A stretch of DNA of 32,000 nucleotides, from contig NC_000854.2 in assembly GCF_000011125.1 (NCBI RefSeq), positions 660,001 through 692,000 of the forward strand. Direction: 5' to 3'. The notes below the pieces were generated by a model. It saw only the letters and a list, made by a program, of their open reading frames with translations. It had not been told where the DNA came from and searched no databases. A program made the translations under genes and the position numbers. Position 1 is the first letter of the stretch. Each line of letters starts with the position of its first letter. Source of the DNA: Aeropyrum pernix K1 (GTDB lineage Archaea; Thermoproteota; Thermoprotei_A; Sulfolobales; Acidilobaceae). Positions 1 to 8,267 of the stretch are shown here, in pieces.

Positions 1-519
1 ATTTGCCTGACCTGCTATTCCTTCGCTAACTACTGTCGGTACAGATATTACTCCGCTCTTCTCGAAGTAAAGCTTTACAAGTATATTGTCTCCGGGACCT
101 ATGTCTCCCTCGGTCAGGCTACACGTGGTCCCGTTCAGAATTATAGCTCCTGTTGAAACGATTTCGGTCGTGTTGGCTTGTATAGTAAAGGGTAGTACGT
201 TGCCTAGGTTATTCTCGTCTAAAACACACGTCTTATTGTTACCAGATATCTCAATCCTAATAAGAGTATCACTACTACCACCGCTGTTGTTTATGTATAA
301 TTTAGCCTCTATTTCATCGTTGTCTGTATTGTTTATCGTTTCGTAGACGACTTTTGCTGCTGATACTTGTATTTGTGGGCTTCCTGTTGCGAAGCTTCCC
401 CATAGGCCGAATAGCCATCCTGCTACTGCTATGCTTATGGCTATCGCGACCGCCACTATTATTACCGTGGCTATAACCGGCGAAATACCCCTCCTGAGCC
501 TCACTTCTGGTTTCACCAC
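1..519 (-). CDS. Archaeal type IV pilin-like / class III signal peptide secreted protein, truncated by the window edge
   Basis: Manual reverse-strand translation (not in ORF track): VVKPEVRLRRG|ISPVIATVIIVAVAIAISIAVAGWLFGLWGSFATGSPQIQVSAAKVVYETINNTDNDEIEAKLYINNSGGSSDTLIRIEISGNNKTCVLDENNLGNVLPFTIQANTTEIVSTGAIILNGTTCSLTEGDIGPGDNILVKLYFEKSGVISVPTVVSEGIAGQAN..., open through position 1. The RRG|ISPVIATVI-hydrophobic block is the archaeal pilin N-terminus. Start is GTG at 519, 516 or 501. Confidence 0.85.
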   Translation of the reverse strand, partial: MVKPEVRLRRGISPVIATVIIVAVAIAISIAVAGWLFGLWGSFATGSPQIQVSAAKVVYETINNTDNDEIEAKLYINNSGGSSDTLIRIEISGNNKTCVLDENNLGNVLPFTIQANTTEIVSTGAIILNGTTCSLTEGDIGPGDNILVKLYFEKSGVISVPTVVSEGIAGQAN

Positions 520-660
520 CTCTTCTTGTGTCTGTTTATGGTTTTTAGTGTTTGGTCTTGTTAAAACGGTTTTGATAGTAATACTGTGTTATGGGTTGGC
601 CGGGTGTTTAGCTTTATGGTATTAAATTATTATTACTTTACCCCTGACTCTTTTAAGGGT

Positions 661-1542
661 TTAGGGCGGGCTGGCCTGGAACACCCTCTCCACCAGGTCT
701 ATGTTCGTCCTGCGGACCCACTCTCGAGTCTCGGGTGTTCTGGAGGCTATTTCTCTGAGCTTCTGTGCCATCTTCCAGGGTTCTACGACTGCGCCGGGCC
801 TGGCGGGGTCGTCTAGGTAGTCGCTCTCCACCATGTAGTCTGGCGGCTCGTTTGCGGCGGCGTGCTCGAGGAGCTTTGGGACCCCGGGTATGGTGGCGTT
901 GTAGCCCCTCGCCACCGCCTCCTTGGCTACCCTGAGGGTTGCGTGGTGGAAGATCACCATGCCCCTCCTAGCCCCTGTGGCACCGGCCCTCCGGAGTATC
1001 CTGTCCACGGTCTCCACCGTGGCGGGCCCCTCGTTCTCCAGGTGGAGCTGGAGTAGGCAGCCCTCCTCTAGTGCGGCTGCTGCGGCCTCCTCCAATACCA
1101 CTTCAGCTATGGCCACTCTCAGGGGGCTCGTCCGGTAGTGCTGCCTCCCCACCTCCCCCACACCGTCTATAGCCCCCTCCCTGCAGAGCCTCCTGAGGAC
1201 CTCCACCGCCTCCAGCGCGGTCTCGAGGGCCTTCTCCGGGGGCTGGCGGTGCTTGTCTATCATCCTGTCAACCTCCGCGGGGTGGATGCCGGCGAAGCAC
1301 GCCACCCTCAGCCCCTCCTCACGGGCGGCCCTGCACTCCCGCAGGTGTATCTCGTACATCCTCCTGTAGGCCTCTACCCCTGTTGGGGCGAGGCCGTAGC
1401 TCCAGGTTGTGAGGGTTAGGAGGGCGGCGAACCAGCCCCCCTCCCTCCTGAACCTCCTCGCAACCTCCCTCGCGCCCAGCCCCCTGGTGGGGTTTGTGTG
1501 CATGTGGGCGTCCGCCACCAGTATATCCGCGGCCAAGTCCAC
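661..1542 (-). CDS. TatD-family metal-dependent hydrolase/DNase
   Basis: Starts ILVADAHMHTNP and contains GVGEVGRQHYR, LHLENEG, VIFHHA and DYLDDP, a TatD/amidohydrolase-type metal-binding pattern. GTG start abuts the LeuRS stop. Confidence 0.8.
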   Translation of the reverse strand: MDLAADILVADAHMHTNPTRGLGAREVARRFRREGGWFAALLTLTTWSYGLAPTGVEAYRRMYEIHLRECRAAREEGLRVACFAGIHPAEVDRMIDKHRQPPEKALETALEAVEVLRRLCREGAIDGVGEVGRQHYRTSPLRVAIAEVVLEEAAAAALEEGCLLQLHLENEGPATVETVDRILRRAGATGARRGMVIFHHATLRVAKEAVARGYNATIPGVPKLLEHAAANEPPDYMVESDYLDDPARPGAVVEPWKMAQKLREIASRTPETREWVRRTNIDLVERVFQASPP

Positions 1543-4455
1543 CTAGCCTCCTCTCTTCTCCGCGTAGAGTGCGGGCCTGCCTGGGAGGGCGTTGGCCCTC
1601 CTGGGGCTTCCGCCATCCTCCTCCGTCTCAACCACCACCTTAACACCCAGCTCCTCCTGGAGTAGCTGGGCAGCGTCCCTCAGGGCCTCCAGCTCCACGC
1701 TCCTGGGTGCGGCTCTCCTGAGGACCTCGGGCGCCCTTGACAGCTGTTGGACGAGCCTCGCGGCCTCCCTCTTGTCGACGCCCTCCACCTTGAACGCCTC
1801 TCTGAGGGCCTCCTTCATGCTGGCGCCCCTCTCCCTCGCCCTCCTGACGGCCTCGACAGCCCGGTACTTCCACTCAGCCGCAACTGTGACGACTAGGGTG
1901 TCGGCCCCGCCTATGAGGCTGAGGACCTCCCTGGCGTCCTCCAGCACCGCCTGCACAGTCTCCTCCGCCGCCTCCACCTCGGGGCTTATCTTCGACTCGT
2001 CGGGCTCCGGCCAGGATGCTGTGGAGGCGAAGCCCTCCCTGCCCATGGCCTCCCACGCCTCCTCGGCGGTGTGGGGGGCGAAGGGGGCTATGAGTAGGGT
2101 CTGGACCTCTATGAACCTCCGGAGGAGGTCCTCCCTGGGCTCGCCGCCCGACCTCCTGAGGTACCACCTGTAGCTCTCCTGCAGCTTGTACCACGCCTCC
2201 ACGAGGGCGGTCTTGAAGTTGGCCTCCTCCATCAGCCTGGTAACCCTTGCTATTGTGGAGTTGAGCCTGCTTTCGAACCACCTGTCCACCCACCTCTCCT
2301 CCCTCCTCGCAGGCCTCCCGTAGTTCTCCCTGACGAAGTCCAGCCACTGGCTTAGGAGGGATACTGCGCTGTCGGCCACGCTGGGCTCGAAGTTGGCGTC
2401 GTCGAGCCCCGAGTCGGCGCCCGCGAGGACCTCGGCCCACCTGGTGGCGTCGGCGCCCCACCAGTCTAGGGCCTGCCTTAGGAGGATGAAGTTGCCCTTG
2501 GACTTGCTCATCTTCTCCCCCGCCACCAGGACCCAGCCGTTCACCCCTATGGCCCTGGGCCACAGCTCCCTGGGGAATATGGCTGTGTGGTGGAATATGA
2601 AGAAGACTAGGTGGTTTGGTATGAGGTCCTTGCCGCTTATTCTCATGTCCAGGGGGTACCAGTATAGGAACTCTCTCCTCATCTCCTCCAGCAGCCCCTG
2701 GGGTATGCCGCTCCTCCTGGACACCTCCCCGGGGTCGCCCGCGCCTAGGAAGACGTAGTCGAATACCTCCGGCGTCAGCATCTCAGGCTCCACGCCGTAC
2801 TTCTCGGGGTGCTGGGTGTACTTGGCTATGGTGTAGTACGCCATGTATATTGTGGAGTCGCTCAGGCTCTCTATAACCCACTCCCTATCCCAGGGGAGGG
2901 GGGTGCCGAGCTCGCCCTTGTGGGTGAACGCCCAGTCCCTCAGCGCCTCTATGATAGCCTCGAAATCCCTCCTCACGTGTCCGGGCAGGAACTCCATCCT
3001 CGCCACCGCCTCCCTCGCCAGCGCCTTCCACTCTGGCTTGCTGTAGAGGAGGAACCACTGGTCCTCAACGATCTTCACGTGCGTCCTGGCCCCGCACCTG
3101 CAGTAAACCTCCTGGGGGAGGGTGTAGATCCTGAGGGCGGCCCCTCTCTCCTCCAGCCACTCCACAACCTTCTCCTTAGCCTCGGCCACCTTCAACCCGC
3201 TGAACCTGCCCGTAGTCTCGAGCATTATACCCTCGTAGAACTCCCTCGCATAAACCTCCCTCGTTGCCTCGTCCAGCTTCTCCCTATCCATCTGGCTCTC
3301 CACACCCCTCCTCCTAACCTCCTCAACAACCAGAAGCCCCTCGGCCCGGGGGACGGCTATCAGCTGTATAGGCTCCAGAGACTCAACAACCCCCGGCTCC
3401 AGCCCATACTCCCTCAGAGTCTCCGGCCTCCTCTTCAGCTCCATGAGGGCGACGTAGTCGTAGGGGGCGTGGGCGGGGACGCTCATTACAACCCCCGTGC
3501 CCAGGTCGGGCCTCACGAAGCTCGCCGGCAGCACGGGCACCTCCCTGCCGTCCGCGGGGTTGACCACTATCCTGCCCAGCAGTCTCCTGCCCTCGATCCT
3601 CTCGAGGATGACCACCCTGTGGCCCTGGTCAGCCAGCTCCCTGGCAGCCTGCTCCCCTATGATCCACCTCTCCTCCCCGTCCACCTCCGCCACGAGGTAG
3701 GTGGCGTCTGGGTGGACCCAGAGGTTGGTGACGCCGAAGACTGTCTCGGGCCTGTAGGTTAGGGCGGGGTATACTAGGCCGTCCCTGCCCCTGAACTTTA
3801 TGATAACCGCCTCCTGCGGGCTTATCCCCGCGTACTCGTCAGGCCTGTCGTGGTCCCCCACCACCTTCTGCTCCTTGGGGCACCACACCACCGGGTGGCG
3901 GCCCTTGCCTACAAACCCCTTCTCCCTGAGCTTCAGGTACTGCCACTCTATGAACCTGGAGTAGGCGGGGTTGAGGCTGGTGGTGTAGAACTCCCTCCTC
4001 CAGTCTATGCTCATCCCGTACCTCTCCAGGTCCCTCCTCCAGGCTTTCGTGAAGAACTCGACCCAGTACCTGGGGTCCCTGAACCTCGGTATATCCTCCT
4101 CGGGTATGCCCATGTCCCTCAGCGTCTTGATTATCCTGGGGTCGCCCTCCCTCACCCTGAGGGCGGAGCTCACTATTGGGCCTCCGGTGGCGTGCCACCC
4201 CTGGGGGAAGAGGACGTTGTAGCCCCTCATCCTCTTGTACCTGGCCATAATGTCTACCCTGAGGATGGTGAACGCGCTCCCCAGGTGTGGGTAGGCGTTG
4301 ACGTAGGGGTAGGGGAAGGTTATGAAGAACTTCCTCCTCCCCGGCTGGGGGTCGGCCTCGAACAGCCTGGCCTCGCGCCACCTCTCCTGCCACTTCTCCT
4401 CCACGGCCTTTAGCCTCTCCACAGCCTCCCTAGGCGCCCTGGGCCTTATCTCCAA
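1543..4455 (-). CDS. leuS: Leucyl-tRNA synthetase, archaeal type
   Basis: 970 aa, class I aaRS: PYPYVNAYPHLGSAFT (HIGH-like), CP1 editing domain, EKMSKSKGNF (KMSKS), C-terminal anticodon-binding region. TTG start. Confidence 0.95.
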   Translation of the reverse strand: MEIRPRAPREAVERLKAVEEKWQERWREARLFEADPQPGRRKFFITFPYPYVNAYPHLGSAFTILRVDIMARYKRMRGYNVLFPQGWHATGGPIVSSALRVREGDPRIIKTLRDMGIPEEDIPRFRDPRYWVEFFTKAWRRDLERYGMSIDWRREFYTTSLNPAYSRFIEWQYLKLREKGFVGKGRHPVVWCPKEQKVVGDHDRPDEYAGISPQEAVIIKFRGRDGLVYPALTYRPETVFGVTNLWVHPDATYLVAEVDGEERWIIGEQAARELADQGHRVVILERIEGRRLLGRIVVNPADGREVPVLPASFVRPDLGTGVVMSVPAHAPYDYVALMELKRRPETLREYGLEPGVVESLEPIQLIAVPRAEGLLVVEEVRRRGVESQMDREKLDEATREVYAREFYEGIMLETTGRFSGLKVAEAKEKVVEWLEERGAALRIYTLPQEVYCRCGARTHVKIVEDQWFLLYSKPEWKALAREAVARMEFLPGHVRRDFEAIIEALRDWAFTHKGELGTPLPWDREWVIESLSDSTIYMAYYTIAKYTQHPEKYGVEPEMLTPEVFDYVFLGAGDPGEVSRRSGIPQGLLEEMRREFLYWYPLDMRISGKDLIPNHLVFFIFHHTAIFPRELWPRAIGVNGWVLVAGEKMSKSKGNFILLRQALDWWGADATRWAEVLAGADSGLDDANFEPSVADSAVSLLSQWLDFVRENYGRPARREERWVDRWFESRLNSTIARVTRLMEEANFKTALVEAWYKLQESYRWYLRRSGGEPREDLLRRFIEVQTLLIAPFAPHTAEEAWEAMGREGFASTASWPEPDESKISPEVEAAEETVQAVLEDAREVLSLIGGADTLVVTVAAEWKYRAVEAVRRARERGASMKEALREAFKVEGVDKREAARLVQQLSRAPEVLRRAAPRSVELEALRDAAQLLQEELGVKVVVETEEDGGSPRRANALPGRPALYAEKRGG

Positions 4456-4562
4456 AACCCTGCACCCGGCCCTGGTGATAGTGGTGCTGCCGGGTAGTTA
4501 TCCCTTAGGCTGCCGCCGGATAAATCCCCCCGGCGCCCACTATAGTTCTATGGTGCGATGTT

Positions 4563-5474
4563 TTGGCTAAACCTAAGGTTATAGTACCCATGGTAACCCC
4601 CCTCAGGGGCGGCTCCGTTGACAAGAACGCCGCCTCCTGGCTCGCCTCCAGGCTGTCCGAGAGCGGTGTAGACGGGGTCTTCGTCCCGGGCACCACGGGC
4701 GAGTGGTACCTCCTCGACCCCCACGAGAGGGCTGAGGCGTTCTTCGCAGTAGCCTCTAGCGCCATAGCGGGGCTCAGGCTCGTGGCGGGCGTCTCGGGCT
4801 ACAGGCCTGAGGAGTCCTACAGGCTCGCCGAGGAGGCGGCGGGCCACGGGGCCCACGCGGTGATGGCCGTGCCCCCCATCTACTTCAGGCCCTCGACAGA
4901 CTTCCTGAGGGAGTTCTACGGCGAGATCAAGAGGAGGGCCGGAGGGCTGCCAACATACATCTACATTTTCCCCGAGAGGATGGGCTACACCCTAGCAGTC
5001 GAGCAGGTGGAGAGCCTGGTGGAGGCGGGTGTGGTTGACGGGATCAAGGCGACTGTGACCGACGCAGCCTACATAGCAGGCCTAGCCGCCGTTAAGGAGA
5101 GGAACCCCGAGTTCGAGGTCCTCGCCGGCGGCCTGGAGATGCTGGTGCACACCTCGCTCTCCGGGGGCGACGGCGTTGTGGACGCCTACTCCAACGTAGC
5201 CCCCAAGCTGGCCGTCGAGCTGGCGGAGAGCCTAGAGAAGGGGAGCGTTGAGAGGGTAGCGGGGCTCCAGGGGAGGGTGCTCAAGCTCTCGCGAATACTA
5301 GGGAAGAGGAGCCTCCCCGCCGTCCTCAAGGCAGTGCTCCACGTGCTGGGCGCCCCCATCACGGGGGAGGTCAGGAAGCCCCTCAAACCCCTGACCCAGC
5401 CAGAGGCTAACGCCACGGCCAACGCCCTCTGCACCAGCTACAGGGACTATCTTCTCCCCGGTCTAGAATGCTAA
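4563..5474 (+). CDS. Dihydrodipicolinate synthase/N-acetylneuraminate lyase (DapA) family protein
   Basis: VPMVTPL, VFVPGTTGEWYLL (GTTGE) and DGIKATVTD (Schiff-base Lys context) in a TIM-barrel-sized 303 aa protein. TTG start. Substrate not assignable. Confidence 0.85.
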   Translation: MAKPKVIVPMVTPLRGGSVDKNAASWLASRLSESGVDGVFVPGTTGEWYLLDPHERAEAFFAVASSAIAGLRLVAGVSGYRPEESYRLAEEAAGHGAHAVMAVPPIYFRPSTDFLREFYGEIKRRAGGLPTYIYIFPERMGYTLAVEQVESLVEAGVVDGIKATVTDAAYIAGLAAVKERNPEFEVLAGGLEMLVHTSLSGGDGVVDAYSNVAPKLAVELAESLEKGSVERVAGLQGRVLKLSRILGKRSLPAVLKAVLHVLGAPITGEVRKPLKPLTQPEANATANALCTSYRDYLLPGLEC

Positions 5475-5526
5475 AAACCCCCACAAACCGCTCCCGGCGG
5501 CTCCGGGGCTGTGAGGGTGTCTCCCG

Positions 5527-6162
5527 TTGGCAGCCCTGCTAAGGCTCGAGAATGTGTGGAAGATGCTGGGGGGGCGTTGGGTGCTCCGGGGGGTTAGCCT
5601 GGCCCTCGGGCCCGGTGAGGCTGTGGTAGTCTCTGGGGCCAACGGCTCGGGGAAGACTACTCTCCTTAGGCTCTCTGCGGGGCTTGCCGAGCCCTCCCGG
5701 GGTAGGGTGAGCTGGGGCTGCCCCCGGGGGCCGCGGGGGTGTGTGGGGTATGTGGGCCACACCCCCATGGTGTACGGCGACCTCACGGTGTGGGAGAACG
5801 TGGAGTTCTTCTCCTCCCTCCACGGCGGAAGCCTGGGCGACTACCCCCTGGCGGCTGAGGCGTGGAGGCTGCTGGGGCTCGAGAAGTACGGTAGCCACCT
5901 GGCGTCGCAGCTCAGCTTCGGCTGGCGTAGGAGGCTCGACGTGGTTAGAGCCCTGCTGGGCGAGCCTAGGCTGCTCCTGCTGGACGAGGCTTTCACAGGC
6001 CTGGACCAGGGGGCTTCCGAAGCCCTCTCCAGGCTCCTCAGACTCGCCCTTGGGGAGGGGCTGGCCCTCCTGATGACAACCCCCCTCCTGGAGCCCCGCT
6101 ACCTGGGGCTGGCGTCGAGGGTCTACACCCTCCAGGACGGGCTGCTGGCCGAGGCTTCCTAG
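5527..6162 (+). CDS. ccmA: ABC transporter ATP-binding protein, heme exporter CcmA-like
   Basis: Walker A GANGSGKTT, ABC signature LSFGWRRRLDV, Walker B LLLLDEAFTGLD; followed immediately by a CcmB-like permease. Confidence 0.8.
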   Translation: MAALLRLENVWKMLGGRWVLRGVSLALGPGEAVVVSGANGSGKTTLLRLSAGLAEPSRGRVSWGCPRGPRGCVGYVGHTPMVYGDLTVWENVEFFSSLHGGSLGDYPLAAEAWRLLGLEKYGSHLASQLSFGWRRRLDVVRALLGEPRLLLLDEAFTGLDQGASEALSRLLRLALGEGLALLMTTPLLEPRYLGLASRVYTLQDGLLAEAS

Positions 6163-6179
6163 AGGGGAGGTGGCCTCCC

Positions 6180-6842
6180 GTGCCTAGGGCTTTCCTGTGG
6201 CTGGTTAGGAAGGAGGCTCTGCTGGCGGCGAGGAACCCCGTTCTCCTGGCTACCCAGGCGCTCTTCACCCTGGCCATCGCCGTCGCGGCGGGGGCTGTGG
6301 AGCACAGCAGCCTCCTGGGGCCAGGCTTCAGCCTCCCCCCGATGCTGGCTGCCCTCATGCTGTTCCAGGCGGCGTTCACAGCCTACACCTCCTACATAAG
6401 GGAGGCTGAGTGGGGTACTCTTGAGGCGCTGAGGACCTCGCCCGTAGACCCTGGGCTGGTCTATCTGGCGAAGACCCTCTACTCCGCGGCCTCCATATTC
6501 CTGACGACCCTGGCGTTCCTCCCGGTGTACGCCGTGCTCGCCTCCCCCCCGATACCCCTATGGGGCTACCTCATGCTGGGGGAGTGGATACTCCTCTCCT
6601 CCCTCCTACTAGGGGGCGTTGCCAGCCTCTCCTCGGCCATGCTCTCCTACAGCAGGAACCAGGCCTTACTGACCCCCACGATACTGGCTGTCGTCTCGGC
6701 CCCCTACATGAGGGTGGCCTCCAGGCCCCTCGCCGACCTGGGGGCGGGGCTGGAGCCCGCTGGGGGGTGGTGGGCCGTGCTCGCGGCCCAGGCTATAGGG
6801 TTCGCCCTGGTGGGATACACGCTCTCCAGGCAGCTCTCCTAG
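6180..6842 (+). CDS. ccmB: ABC transporter permease, CcmB-like
   Basis: 220 aa with about six hydrophobic segments, N-terminal LVRKEALLAARNP, and IREAEWGTLEALRTSPVDPGLVYLAKT as in CcmB/ABC-2 permeases; adjacent to the ATPase. Confidence 0.7.
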   Translation: MPRAFLWLVRKEALLAARNPVLLATQALFTLAIAVAAGAVEHSSLLGPGFSLPPMLAALMLFQAAFTAYTSYIREAEWGTLEALRTSPVDPGLVYLAKTLYSAASIFLTTLAFLPVYAVLASPPIPLWGYLMLGEWILLSSLLLGGVASLSSAMLSYSRNQALLTPTILAVVSAPYMRVASRPLADLGAGLEPAGGWWAVLAAQAIGFALVGYTLSRQLS

Positions 6843-8197
6843 TCGAAGTCGACCACCTTGACCGCCTCTCTGCCCTCCAGCCTCCTCACGCTCATGTACC
6901 TGTAGCTTATCCTCTTGAGGTAGGGGTTGTGGCCCTGTATGATGACGGTGTGGAGCCTGGCGTCTGACCTCTTGAGGCTGTCCTCAACCACGTCGATGTT
7001 AAGCCTGTCCTCCCCATCCGTGATCAGCACGATATCGCTTATCCTCTGCTCCCCCCGGGGGGTTCTGGAGATGTCGTCAGCCGCCGTCTTTATGGCCGCG
7101 GTTATGTCCGTACCGCCCCCCGCCTTCACCGCGGCCAGGTACTTGACGAGCTCCAGGAAGTCCCTCGGCTTGCTCCTGGGCCTGAGGTGTATCGCCGGGT
7201 AGGTTACGCTGTCGAAGAACCTGGCGGAGAACCTCCTGTTCTCGGCCAGGCTCCTCCTGAAGAGGGCCACAGCCACCGCCCTAGCCCAGTCTATCTTCGC
7301 CCCCACCATGCTGCCGCTCTTGTCCAGGAGCACGTATATCGGCCCCCTGCTCGAGTCGAGGACCTTCCTGTAGAGGAGAAGCTTGGAGCTGGAGAAGCTG
7401 GCCCAGAAGTACTCGTCGGGGAGTATCAGCTGGGAGTAGTGTATCCTCTCCAGGTCGCTCCCGTACTCGAGCCCGTCGAACCATCCCTTCGGGCTCCTAG
7501 TCTCCCTCCTGCTCCTCCTCCTCATGATCTCCCTTATGCCCTGGACGTTCTCCAGCACCCTGCTGACGTCGGTCTCCCGGGCTATCCTGAGTATGAACTC
7601 TATGTTCTCGTCGAACGCCAGCACACTCGTATCCCCAGCCCCCATCATGGAGAGAAGCTGCTTCACGTTCTTAGCCGCCCTAGCATCCTTCTCCACAGAC
7701 TCCAGAGCCTTTTCAACAGCCTCCCTCAGCTTCTCCTCGTCAAACTCGCCGCCCGGCTCACCCTCGCCCTGGCCACCCTGGTTCTCCCCCTCCTTCTCCT
7801 CCCTATCCCTACTCCTCCCCCTCTGCGGCCTCTGCAGCCTCGAGAGGAGCCTGGCGAGCCTCTCCACGAAGCTCGCGGCAGCCACAACACTCGTAAGGCT
7901 ATCCGCCGTGGTGTAGGGCTTAGCCCTCCAGAGGTTGGGGCTCATGAGCAGGCTCTCCAGAACCCTCCTCCGGAAGAGAGCCTCCTCACCCCCCTCCAAG
8001 GGGGGCTCCTCCTCCAGCGAGGGCACGGGGTAGTAGAAAGTGTAGAACACGTCGACAGCCAGCTCGGGCGTGATTATCTCCGGTATACCGGAGATGTTCA
8101 GCTTCCTGGCGGTGGACAGGATCTTCTGGCCCCTGTACAGCTTGACCTCGTCTATAACCCCCACTCCCCTTATCAGGCTCCTCCTCACCTTCTCCAC
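6839..8197 (-). CDS. von Willebrand factor A domain protein (CoxE/ViaA-like)
   Basis: VLLDKSGSM (MIDAS DxSxS), GGGTDITAAI and DIVLITDGED. The track starts it at 8311, but GTG at 8197 preceded by GGAGGGTG looks more likely. Follows a MoxR gene. Confidence 0.85.
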   Translation of the reverse strand: MEKVRRSLIRGVGVIDEVKLYRGQKILSTARKLNISGIPEIITPELAVDVFYTFYYPVPSLEEEPPLEGGEEALFRRRVLESLLMSPNLWRAKPYTTADSLTSVVAAASFVERLARLLSRLQRPQRGRSRDREEKEGENQGGQGEGEPGGEFDEEKLREAVEKALESVEKDARAAKNVKQLLSMMGAGDTSVLAFDENIEFILRIARETDVSRVLENVQGIREIMRRRSRRETRSPKGWFDGLEYGSDLERIHYSQLILPDEYFWASFSSSKLLLYRKVLDSSRGPIYVLLDKSGSMVGAKIDWARAVAVALFRRSLAENRRFSARFFDSVTYPAIHLRPRSKPRDFLELVKYLAAVKAGGGTDITAAIKTAADDISRTPRGEQRISDIVLITDGEDRLNIDVVEDSLKRSDARLHTVIIQGHNPYLKRISYRYMSVRRLEGREAVKVVDFD

Positions 8198-8267
8198 GCC
8201 ACCCTCCTCTCCAGACCCATTATCGGGCAAGAACCGCTCACCCCAACCCCCGGGGGCCTTGGGGGGT

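Noticed and set aside
86-346. Plus-strand ORF at the left edge
   Set aside because: Opposite strand of the pilin-like gene, whose N-terminal motif is unmistakable; the plus-strand translation has no signature.
431-625. 64 aa hydrophobic plus-strand ORF (MLMAIATATIITVAITG...)
   Set aside because: Its hydrophobicity comes from reading antisense across the pilin transmembrane helix; no supporting evidence.
2809-3762. 317 aa plus-strand ORF opposite leuS
   Set aside because: Antisense shadow ORF of a high-GC gene: G/P/L/R-biased low-complexity composition, no motifs, and fully inside a convincing LeuRS.
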